32,000 nt of DNA from Pyrodictium occultum (GTDB lineage: Archaea > Thermoproteota > Thermoprotei_A > Sulfolobales > Pyrodictiaceae). The stretch covers positions 1 through 32,000 of the forward strand of contig NZ_LNTB01000002.1 in the NCBI RefSeq assembly GCF_001462395.1. Direction: 5' to 3'. The notes under the pieces were generated by a model that made no database searches, was not told where the DNA came from, and worked only from the letters and a program-made list of their open reading frames with translations. This document shows, one piece after another, positions 7,839 to 15,151 of this stretch. Within the stretch, counting starts at the first letter, position 1; each line of letters begins with the position of its first letter. A program made the position numbers and the translations under genes.

Positions 7839-9608
7839 CTAGGGGAAGCTCCAGTCCCTCGGGATCTCGCCGACAATCTCCACCGTCTTGGAGAGCTCGG
7901 GGTCCGCCTTGATCTTCGATATTATGTAGTTCACGGCCTCCTCGGGGGTCATCTCGCCCCGGAGCACCTTGTCCACGGCGCTGGCGAATATGTCGGCCAG
8001 CCTCGGGTAGTCGGGGTGCATCGGGGTCAGGTGGGTGTACTTCAGCATATTGCTCGCGTTGGCGAGGAACGCCACGTTTATGTCGTTGACGGTAGCCTTG
8101 ACTATATCGGCTATGGAGTTCTTCACCTCGGGGCTCAGGTCTACCTGCAGCTTGGCCAGCTTCTCCACCCACGCCTTGTCTGCTATCAGCTCGGCCGCTG
8201 CCTTCCTCACCGGCAGGTGGGCGCTTATGATGCTGTGTATCGCCACCAGGTCAGGGTCGTCAGCCTTGACTACCAGGAGGAACGCCAGCATGTGGTACAC
8301 GTCCTTGAGCTCGCTGTACCTGGGGTTGTCCTTGCCCGCGTTGCTCGCTATCATCCAGACGAAGGGCTGGCTAAGGGTCACCGGCTTATCACCGGGGTCG
8401 CCGGCTGCGAAGAGGGTATAGTAGAAGTACTTCTTCACCTCCTCGGTGGTCAGCGGCCTCTTCTCGCCGGTCTTCGGGTCCAGGTAGTAGGGCTTAGTCT
8501 GCCACTCCGTCCAGTGCCAGGTGCCGCCTATCCACACCAGCGTCTGGCCGCTGACCACCGCGGGGTGTATCTGCTTGGCCCAGTCCCAGCTCATCATGTC
8601 CTCCGGCAGCAGGTGGTCGCGAGCCATCCGCCACTCGACGTAGAGCCACTTGTAGACGGCCGGCACGTCGAGGACCAGCATGTTCTTCTCGGGGTCGTAG
8701 AGCCTGCCCCCGAAGGCGTAGATGAACTGTATTAGGTCTGGGTGGGCGCTGCCCTTACGGTGCAGCACACCCCACTTGCTGCACCCGCTCTCCACCGCCA
8801 GCTTGGCGTAGCGGTAGATGTCGTGCCAGGTTACCTCGCCCCTCTCTATCTTCTCCGCGAGGCCGGCGAGTATGTCGTTGCCGGTCTTCTCCTTGATGCA
8901 TGCTGCTACGTCGGTGCGCCAGTAGAGGGGCCTAGCCTCGGTGTCCTGCGGCAGGCCGTAGTACCTGCCCTTGTACTGGACGGCTGCGAGCAGGCTGGGG
9001 TAGAAGTCGCCTAGGAGGCTCTTGTACTTCTCCAGGTAGGGGGTTATGTCGAGCAGGTAGCCCTGCTCGGCGAACCTCGCTATGTGCTTGTAGCTGTTAG
9101 CCATTATGTCGGGGTTGGCGTTGCTCTGGAAGGCTGCGGCGAAGTCCTCTGCCAGCTTGTCCCCGCCGCCGCGGCGGAAGTTCTGCTTAACCTCTATCCT
9201 GAAGTCTACGCCGTTCTTCTCTAGTATCTTGTTGAGCCTGTACGCGGCCTCGGCGACGGCGAGGGTCCTCATCACGCTGTTGGGGTCGCCGGCGCCCCAG
9301 ACGGTGAAGGTGGCCTTGTGTATGCCCTGAGCCGCTAGGTAGCGGCCTATAGCTACTATGTCCTCCTCGATGTTGCCGGTGAGTGTTGGCTTGGAGGGCT
9401 TGGCCTGGCCTGCCGTTGCTGCTGGGGAGGATGCGGCGGCTGTAGTCGTGGTGGCCGCGGTGGCCGGCGGCGCTGTGGTGGTTGCCGCGGGCTTGCCTCC
9501 ACGCTGGAGGGTTATGGCGGCTGCTATAGCTATGATAACTATTATTACGACCGCGGCGGCTATGAGGCCTGTGCGCTGAGCCATGGCACCACCACTCCTC
9601 CTGGGCAC
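7839..9608 (-). CDS. Extracellular sugar-binding protein of the ABC operon, membrane-tethered, with a Thr/Ala-rich linker; 589 aa from GTG 9608 or 581 aa from ATG 9584
   Basis: First gene of the operon. N-terminus MAQRTGLIAAAVVIIVIIAIAAAI is followed by ATTTAPPATAATTTTAAASSPAATAG and then a large SBP-like domain. AGGAGG lies ~12 nt upstream of ATG 9584, which favours that start. Confidence 0.85.
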   Translation of the reverse strand: MPRRSGGAMAQRTGLIAAAVVIIVIIAIAAAITLQRGGKPAATTTAPPATAATTTTAAASSPAATAGQAKPSKPTLTGNIEEDIVAIGRYLAAQGIHKATFTVWGAGDPNSVMRTLAVAEAAYRLNKILEKNGVDFRIEVKQNFRRGGGDKLAEDFAAAFQSNANPDIMANSYKHIARFAEQGYLLDITPYLEKYKSLLGDFYPSLLAAVQYKGRYYGLPQDTEARPLYWRTDVAACIKEKTGNDILAGLAEKIERGEVTWHDIYRYAKLAVESGCSKWGVLHRKGSAHPDLIQFIYAFGGRLYDPEKNMLVLDVPAVYKWLYVEWRMARDHLLPEDMMSWDWAKQIHPAVVSGQTLVWIGGTWHWTEWQTKPYYLDPKTGEKRPLTTEEVKKYFYYTLFAAGDPGDKPVTLSQPFVWMIASNAGKDNPRYSELKDVYHMLAFLLVVKADDPDLVAIHSIISAHLPVRKAAAELIADKAWVEKLAKLQVDLSPEVKNSIADIVKATVNDINVAFLANASNMLKYTHLTPMHPDYPRLADIFASAVDKVLRGEMTPEEAVNYIISKIKADPELSKTVEIVGEIPRDWSFP

Positions 9609-9631
9609 GTGAAAACCTCTTCAATTATTTA

Positions 9632-9638
9632 CTATATA
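9632..9638 (-). promoter_or_regulatory. TATA box candidate for the ABC operon (TATATAG on the minus strand)
   Basis: AT-rich stretch CAATTATTTACTATATACT (9622-9640), 25-50 nt upstream of the two candidate starts. Confidence 0.4.
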
Positions 9639-9733
9639 CTGCGTAACAGTTGTTAGCTAAAAGTCTTGCCATTATAGGATGCTGCGGTCTATTGCGGGGG
9701 CTTGGTGGGCGTGGAGAGGGATTAGCCGCTATG

Positions 9734-9740
9734 CTTATAT
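9734..9740 (+). promoter_or_regulatory. TATA box candidate for thrC (CTTATAT)
   Basis: It lies 19-25 nt upstream of the GTG at 9759, which implies a leaderless or near-leaderless transcript, as is common in Crenarchaeota. Confidence 0.45.
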
Positions 9741-9758
9741 CGCGGCCCCGGGTTAGCC

Positions 9759-11039
9759 GTGGGCTTGGCGTGGGAGATTGGATACGAGGCGGGCGATGCG
9801 CTTGGATTCGAGAATGAAGTAGAGCTGCAGTGCGTGGCGTGCGGCGCCAGGTACCCGCCGCACCCGAGGCTGGTCCGCTGCCCCCGCTGCGGCGGCCTCC
9901 TCGATGTCAAGGTCGAGCCCGCGAGGCCTCCATCCTGGAGGCTCTGGGAGCAGCGGAGGCCCGGGGTCTGGAGGTACCGGGAGCTTCTGCCGGCGGTAAG
10001 CGGCGTCAAGCCCGTGAGCATCGGCGAGGGGGCTACCCCGCTGGTGGAGCTCGAGAACATAGGGAGGATGCTGGGCTTCCGGAGGCTCTACGCTAAGAAC
10101 GAGGGCCAGAACCCGACGGGGAGCTTCAAGGACCGCGGCATGACCGTGGCGGTGACGCTGGCTAAGGCGGCCGGCGCCAGGGCTCTCGTGGTGGCGAGCA
10201 CGGGCAACACTGCTGCAAGCGTCTCCGCCTACGGCGCCAGGGCGGGGCTCCGGAGGATAGTGGTGGTGCCCCGCGGGAAGACGGCGCTGGGCAAGCTGGC
10301 TCAGAGCGTGCTCTACGGCGCCGATATAGTGGAGATAGAGGGGAGCTTCGACGACGCGCTGAGGGCCGTGATGGAGGCGGTGGGGAGGGATGCGAGGCTC
10401 TACCCTCTGAACAGCTTCAACCCCTGGAGGCTGGAGGGCCAGAAGACCCTCGCCTACGAGGTTGTCGAGGCGCTTGGAGGGGAGCCGCCCGACTGGGTGG
10501 TGGTCCCAGTGGGCAACGCGGGCAACATATCCGCTATATGGAAGGGGTTCCGGGAGCTCCACCGCCACGGGCTGATAGACAGGCTGCCGAGGATGGCGGG
10601 GGTGCAGGCTGAGGGCGCGGCGCCGCTAGCCAGGGCCTGGAGGAAGGGGCTGAACGAGCCGCTCTTCGTAGACAAGCCGGAGACGAGGGCGACAGCGATA
10701 AGGATAGGGCACCCGGTCAACTGGCCCAAGGCTATGAGGGCAGTGCGGGAGAGCAACGGCGTCTTCACGATGGTGAGTGATAGGGAGATACTCCGGGCCC
10801 AGGCGATGCTGGCGAGGCTGGAGGGCGTCGCCGTGGAGCCTGCCAGCGCGGCGAGCCTGGCGGGCCTCATAAAGCTCGTCGAGGAGGGGGTCATATCAAG
10901 CGACGAGACAGTGGTGATAGTGCTGACGGGCCACGGGCTGAAGGACCCCCAGGCTATGCTGGAGGCGGGGGCCAGGAGGTACGTGGCGGCCGGCGTGGAG
11001 GACGCGGTGAAGCTGGTCACCAGCCTGGCCGGCGGCTAG
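9759..11039 (+). CDS. thrC: Threonine synthase with an N-terminal zinc ribbon, 426 aa
   Basis: PLP-lysine motif NPTGSFKDRGMTVAV, GNTAAS, VPVGNAGNISA. N-terminal CVACG...CPRCGG zinc ribbon. Confidence 0.9.
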   Translation: MGLAWEIGYEAGDALGFENEVELQCVACGARYPPHPRLVRCPRCGGLLDVKVEPARPPSWRLWEQRRPGVWRYRELLPAVSGVKPVSIGEGATPLVELENIGRMLGFRRLYAKNEGQNPTGSFKDRGMTVAVTLAKAAGARALVVASTGNTAASVSAYGARAGLRRIVVVPRGKTALGKLAQSVLYGADIVEIEGSFDDALRAVMEAVGRDARLYPLNSFNPWRLEGQKTLAYEVVEALGGEPPDWVVVPVGNAGNISAIWKGFRELHRHGLIDRLPRMAGVQAEGAAPLARAWRKGLNEPLFVDKPETRATAIRIGHPVNWPKAMRAVRESNGVFTMVSDREILRAQAMLARLEGVAVEPASAASLAGLIKLVEEGVISSDETVVIVLTGHGLKDPQAMLEAGARRYVAAGVEDAVKLVTSLAGG

Positions 11040-11863
11040 CCCCTATTTCTATCCCCTACCTGAGCCGGCCTCTCCTCCACCCTCCTCGCGTAGACGAGGT
11101 AGCCCGTGTGGGCTATCATAGTCGTCTTCGGCCTGAGCGCGTCGCCCCGGGGCTCGTACTCGCGGAGCAGGACCTCGTAGACCCGGGTCTCCGCCCAGCC
11201 GCCGCGGAGATCCATCGCGGATAGGAGCCTCGAGACCTGGTTGACCGCCGGGAGGAAGAAGACGGCGCCGGCGCCGGGGCGGAGGGCGCGGTGTAGCACC
11301 GGTAGCACCGCCCAGGGGTCGGGCATGTCCACCACGGCCGCGTCCAGCCCCTCCTCGTCCACCCCCAGCCTCGCGTCCCGGTGCTTCAGCTCCACGCGGT
11401 CCAGAAGCCCCACCGTCTCCAGGTTCTTTCTGGCGGTCTCCAGCATGTCGCTGCGGACCTCGTAGCTGTAGACCCTGCCGGTGGCTCCCACAGCCTGAGC
11501 GAGGACTATTGTAGTGTAGCCGCTGCCCACCCCTATCTCGAGCACCCGGGCCCCCGGCTTGAGGTCGAGCAGCATGAGTATGAGGCCGTGGTCCTTCGGG
11601 TATATCACCTGGCTCCTCCTGCGCAGCCCCCTTTCCATGTAGTCGACCAGCCGGGGCTGGAGCACCAGCGCCAGGGCCCCGCTGCTCAGCCTCACCCAGG
11701 AGCCGTAGCGGAGCCCCACCAGGTCGTCGTGCCTCACCACGCCCCGGTCGCTGCCCTGCACCCTGCCCCTCTCGACCCGGAACAGGAACCTCCTCCTCTC
11801 ATCCAGGACGAGGAGCACTGGGCAGCCCTCGCACACCACGTCGCGGCAGCACTCGCCCCCCAC
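11036..11863 (-). CDS. trmI: tRNA (adenine-N1)-methyltransferase TrmI/Gcd14 family, 275 aa (start uncertain: GTG 11863 or GTG 11818)
   Basis: SQVIYPKDHGLILMLLDLKPGARVLEIGVGSGYTTIVLAQAV ... YSYEVR ... AAVVDMPDPW matches the TrmI SAM-binding and catalytic motifs. Confidence 0.85.
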   Translation of the reverse strand: MGGECCRDVVCEGCPVLLVLDERRRFLFRVERGRVQGSDRGVVRHDDLVGLRYGSWVRLSSGALALVLQPRLVDYMERGLRRRSQVIYPKDHGLILMLLDLKPGARVLEIGVGSGYTTIVLAQAVGATGRVYSYEVRSDMLETARKNLETVGLLDRVELKHRDARLGVDEEGLDAAVVDMPDPWAVLPVLHRALRPGAGAVFFLPAVNQVSRLLSAMDLRGGWAETRVYEVLLREYEPRGDALRPKTTMIAHTGYLVYARRVEERPAQVGDRNRG

Positions 11864-12190
11864 GGGGATGCACTCCCCGGGGGAGGGCCGCGGGGCTGTA
11901 GAGCCCGCCTATAACGATGTCACGCCGCAGCCCCCGGCCGCCTGGAGGCTATCAGGCTATAGGGCTCCGGGCCCCGGGTAGCCCCCGGGGACGTGATGAA
12001 CGCGCCGGAAGCGAACCCCGGGCCGAGGCGCCACCACGGCGGCGCTGATGGCGTAAGCCGGGTTGGCTGAGGCCCTCCTCCCCGGAGCTCTCGCAGCTGG
12101 AGAAGAGGCGGCGGTGATACATGGTTCTCTACAGCCCCCTAAGCCCCTAGCCCTCCCGCGCGCCTAGTCCCTCCCAGCGGTGAGCTGGCC

Positions 12191-12589
12191 GTGAGCCTCG
12201 GCGTCGAGAAGACCGCCTGCCACAGCCTCGCCCAGGCCGGGCTCCCCCTCGACGGGGCGGCGGAGGCCGCGTGCATACTAGCCTCCAGCGCCGAGGCCGC
12301 CGAGATGGAGGGCGACGTGTGGCTCCGGCTGGGCGAGGAGCTCGTAGCGGAGAGGTTCACCGGCCTGGTCTGCGTAGAGTATGAGAGCGGCCACAGCCTC
12401 GGCCTGGCGGTGGTCGACGGGGTGGTCTTCGGAGCCCACCTGGCGGACCCGGGGGAGGGCCACGCCTGGGGCGAGGCAGCGCTCGACACTGCTGAGGGGC
12501 TCTGGGGCCCCGCCCTCGTGCGCCGCCTCCCCCTCAGCCTGGGGGAGCTGGAGAACCTCACCCCGCGGCTACAGCAGCCCCCGGCCTAG
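12191..12589 (+). CDS. Hypothetical protein, 132 aa
   Basis: GTG start and high third-position GC. Its composition is protein-like (E/L/G/A/V), whereas the antisense ORF 12139-12561 is S/R/P-rich. The pattern FTGLVCVEY...GLAVVDGVVFGAHL...GHAWGEAAL loosely resembles small G-x-L...G-x-A...G-x-x-AL regulatory domains. This is not a secure family call. Confidence 0.45.
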   Translation: MSLGVEKTACHSLAQAGLPLDGAAEAACILASSAEAAEMEGDVWLRLGEELVAERFTGLVCVEYESGHSLGLAVVDGVVFGAHLADPGEGHAWGEAALDTAEGLWGPALVRRLPLSLGELENLTPRLQQPPA

Positions 12590-13438
12590 CCAGGCAAGCC
12601 TCTCCATGAGGTATAGGCGGTGCCCCGGCCTCGGGTGAGGGTTGACCAGGAAGACCACCCCGGGGCCCCTCCTGGGCCTCAGGCCCAGGAGCGCGTCGAG
12701 GTAGGCCCGGGCCACCACTGGCTCCTCTGGAAGCGCGCCCGTCATCCGGTAGAGGGCTGAGATGCTCCAGGCCCCCGCCGCCCGGAGCGAGTATATGTCA
12801 GCCAGGTGCTCCCAGGCCCAGCTGAAGCTCACCCACGCCAGCCCCGCCGCCAGCAGCATAGCCGCCGCCTCGGCGGCCCCCAGAGGCCCCGCCCCGGCCA
12901 GCCTCATAGCGGCCGCTACCAGCCAGGAGGCGAGGAGGGCCACGAGGCCGGCGAGCACCAGCGGGGGGAGGGGCCGAAGGGCCTCCAGGTGCCCAGCCTC
13001 GTGTGCCACCACGGCCCCCGCCTCCTCCGGCCTCAGCCTCTCGTAGAGGCCCCTCGACACGTAGATCCTCCCCAGGGCCGCCACGGTGAAGGCTGTGGGC
13101 AGGCCGGAGGATAGCAGGAAGACCCTGTAGAGCCGGCCGCCAACCCTGTAGACGAGGCTGCCCAGCGTCCTCCTGCCAAGCCTCCAGCTGATAGCCAGGT
13201 ACACAAGGCCCAGGGCCGGCCCAACCATGGCCGCCGCCAGGGGGTCGACACCGCCACCCCCCGCGGCCATGAGCGCCCCCGCCGCCAGCGCGGCGGCCAT
13301 GAGCGCGCGGAGCCTGGCCCACGCCTTCTCGGGGTCGCCGCGGAGCACCAGCACGTATAGCCCGGGGAGGGCTGTGGCGAGCACGATGCCGGCGTAGAAC
13401 GCCGCCCCCGGCAGGGAGGCGTGAGAAGCCCCCGTCAT
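12569..13438 (-). CDS. Integral-membrane zinc metalloprotease, M48/HtpX-like, 289 aa
   Basis: The HExxH motif (VVAHEAGHL) sits between hydrophobic helices. The C-terminal NPHPRPGHRLYLMERL resembles the THPxxxxRI motif of M48 peptidases. Confidence 0.65.
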   Translation of the reverse strand: MTGASHASLPGAAFYAGIVLATALPGLYVLVLRGDPEKAWARLRALMAAALAAGALMAAGGGGVDPLAAAMVGPALGLVYLAISWRLGRRTLGSLVYRVGGRLYRVFLLSSGLPTAFTVAALGRIYVSRGLYERLRPEEAGAVVAHEAGHLEALRPLPPLVLAGLVALLASWLVAAAMRLAGAGPLGAAEAAAMLLAAGLAWVSFSWAWEHLADIYSLRAAGAWSISALYRMTGALPEEPVVARAYLDALLGLRPRRGPGVVFLVNPHPRPGHRLYLMERLAWLGRGLL

Positions 13439-13602
13439 GGCTGATACTCCCGCTGAGGCCTCCTCCCATCCCCCGGCGTGGACGCCCGGGGGCCTCTATA
13501 GTGGCTGCGGCCCAGCCCCCGGCAGCGGGTGAAACCCCTAATAGCCCTCGGCATAGCCCCTTGAGGCGGCAGGGTGAGGCCCTCTCTAGGCGGTGGGGCG
13601 CC

Positions 13603-14121
13603 GTGGCGAGCGAGGGAGCCGGCAGGCTCGAGCAGCGGCTAGAGCGGCTGCTGGCGTCCCTGGACAGGATGAAGAAGCTCCTAGAGGACATAGCCCTGGA
13701 CGAGATGAGTGAGGCAAGGGCCTATGGCGACCTGGCGAGGCTCTGCCACGACGAGGACAGTAGGTGGAACCTCCTCCTAATAGCCATGGATAGCATCGTG
13801 CACAAGGAGATAGCCTGGGCGCTGATACGCGCAGCAAGCGAGATAGAGGTTACGGTGAAGGAGGTGCTGAGCTACAAGCCCAGGCCAGAGGACATGGGCA
13901 GGCTCCTCGGCCTCCTGGAGGCGCACGCTACCATAGAGGACCTGGCCCGCAGCAACTATGAGGGCATAGTGCCGCTGGCCGAGCCGGGCACAACGCTCCG
14001 GAAGCTCGCCGAGCTGCTCACCGAGGAGGAGGCGAAGCACCAGAGGCTGGTAGCGTCCGCCCTCCAGAGGCTCCAGAGGCTGGTAGAGGAGGGCAGGGGG
14101 GCCGGGGAGGCCAGGGGCTAG
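13603..14121 (+). CDS. Ferritin-like / rubrerythrin-fold four-helix protein (putative); start uncertain (track 13501, GTG 13603, ATG 13669)
   Basis: Helical protein with acidic/His pairs spaced as in ferritin-like folds (DEMSEARAY, DSIVHKE, LEAHATIEDL, EEEAKHQRL). The diiron motif is only partly canonical. Confidence 0.45.
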   Translation: MASEGAGRLEQRLERLLASLDRMKKLLEDIALDEMSEARAYGDLARLCHDEDSRWNLLLIAMDSIVHKEIAWALIRAASEIEVTVKEVLSYKPRPEDMGRLLGLLEAHATIEDLARSNYEGIVPLAEPGTTLRKLAELLTEEEAKHQRLVASALQRLQRLVEEGRGAGEARG

Positions 14122-14972
14122 ATGTAGCCCTCCTCGACGCACATCTTCTTCATTACAAGCGCGTCCTGGTCTAGCAGGGGGCTCTCGGAGATCACCACGC
14201 CCTCTATCCCGGTCTCCTTGTAGGCCCTGCAGACTATCCTCCACTCCGGCCCGTACTCGGTCTCGCTCAGCGTGTGGTGCTCCCTCTCGCCGCCCCGCCC
14301 GTACTCTATCCTGCTGAAGTGGGTGTGGAGGGGCTTCACAGCCCAGCTTCCAAGCTCCCTCTCTATCCTCTCTATAACCTCTATGACGTGGTCCAGGCTG
14401 GTTATGTACTTGCCCTCGCTCCTGGCGTATAGGTGGGCCCAGTCGACGGCCGGCCTGCTGAACTCTACCTCCCTGCATATCTCTATCACGTCGTCCAGGC
14501 TCCCCACCTGGCTTGTCTTGCCAGTCGTCTCGGGGGCTAGCCACACCCCCCGGATACCCTCCTGCTTCATCCACTCGACGAGGGGCCGGAGGCTCTCGAT
14601 GGTCTTGCGGAGCGCATCCCTCGGGCTAGGATTGTCCCGGTAGTAGCCAGGGTGGTAGACGACCGCGTAGGCGCCCATCCAGCTCGCCGCCCTCACAGCA
14701 GCCCTAAGCCTCTCAATACTCTTCCTTATGGTCTCCTCGCTGCCAGCGAGGTTTATGTAGTAGGGTGCGTGCATGGACAGTGTTGTCCCGTACTTCTCTG
14801 CCGCCTCCCGTATAGCCCTCGCCTTCTTCTCGCTGATCCGTACCCCGCGCACCGCCTCGTACTCTATAGCCTCGAGCCCCTCCTTGGCCACGTACTCTAT
14901 GGCCTTCACGTAGTCCCCGCTCTTCATGCCCACAGGCTTGCCGGCTGGCCCAAACCTCATCCTACGGCTCAT
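14118..14972 (-). CDS. AP endonuclease family 2 / xylose-isomerase-like TIM-barrel protein (Endonuclease IV-like), ~284 aa
   Basis: MHAPYYINLAG, VVYHPGYY, LAPETTGK, VDWAHLYA, HTHFSRIEYG..GEREHH match the metal-ligand pattern of the Endo IV TIM-barrel family. The track ORF extends to 15080, but the P/G/L-rich extension looks non-coding, so ATG 14972 (MSRRMRFGPAGKP) is preferred. Confidence 0.8.
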   Translation of the reverse strand: MSRRMRFGPAGKPVGMKSGDYVKAIEYVAKEGLEAIEYEAVRGVRISEKKARAIREAAEKYGTTLSMHAPYYINLAGSEETIRKSIERLRAAVRAASWMGAYAVVYHPGYYRDNPSPRDALRKTIESLRPLVEWMKQEGIRGVWLAPETTGKTSQVGSLDDVIEICREVEFSRPAVDWAHLYARSEGKYITSLDHVIEVIERIERELGSWAVKPLHTHFSRIEYGRGGEREHHTLSETEYGPEWRIVCRAYKETGIEGVVISESPLLDQDALVMKKMCVEEGYI

Positions 14973-15151
14973 CCCGGCGACCCTCCACCCCAGGGGCTCC
15001 CACAGGGCTGGTTGAAGAGGCCCGCGGCAGGGAGGCCCTGCGCGGGTCAGCAGAGGGCTCAGCGGGTCCACTCTCTGCATCCCCCGGGGGCAGGCCCCCC
15101 GGGGCTTGAGCCCGCCACACTCTTCACAGCCCTCTCTTCCCGCCTGCCCCT

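Noticed and set aside
7836-8735. 299-aa plus-strand ORF opposite the sugar-binding protein, and similar ORFs at 8035-8421, 8742-9014 and 9187-9624
   Set aside because: These are shadow frames of a clearly coding 589-aa SBP gene. They have no motifs and a skewed composition.
9796-9812. GGATTCGAG resembling a tRNA T-arm (minus strand). More generally, a scan for tRNA, rRNA and CRISPR.
   Set aside because: It lies inside the thrC reading frame with no matching acceptor or anticodon arms. I found no GGTTCRAATCC-type T-loops, no rRNA-like segments and no regularly spaced direct repeats anywhere in the window.
9753-10568. 271-aa minus-strand ORF opposite thrC
   Set aside because: thrC has the PLP-lysine motif and full-length family resemblance. 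The antisense ORF is P/R/H/G-rich.
12137-12152. Near-identical 15-16-mer CCCTAAGCCC(C)TAGCC, also present at 18066-18080. This raised the possibility of a dispersed intergenic repeat.
   Set aside because: TAG followed by GCCCC-type sequence recurs at many gene ends in this window (for example 1734, 11037 and 31355-31370). CTAAGCC also occurs inside coding regions (2009, 14706). The match is largely explained by stop-codon context and composition, and only two copies with weakly similar flanks were seen.
12139-12561. 140-aa minus-strand ORF opposite the 132-aa hypothetical gene
   Set aside because: It is S/R/P/A-rich and low-complexity. The plus-strand frame has more protein-like composition and high GC3. 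Confidence in the plus-strand gene is still only moderate.
12798-13691. 297-aa minus-strand ORF overlapping the HtpX-like gene in another frame
   Set aside because: It is G/R/P/A-rich. The competing frame has an HExxH motif embedded in TM helices.
13777-14574. 265-aa minus-strand ORF in an alternative frame of the Endo IV-like gene
   Set aside because: The Endo IV-like frame carries the full metal-ligand motif set. This frame is R/G/P/D-rich.
15021-15046. GC hairpin CCCGCGGCAGGG-AGG-CCCTGCGCGGG between mgtE and the Endo IV-like gene
   Set aside because: Short GC palindromes (CCCCGGGG-type) are ubiquitous at this base composition. There is no adjacent T tract or conserved motif to assign a function.
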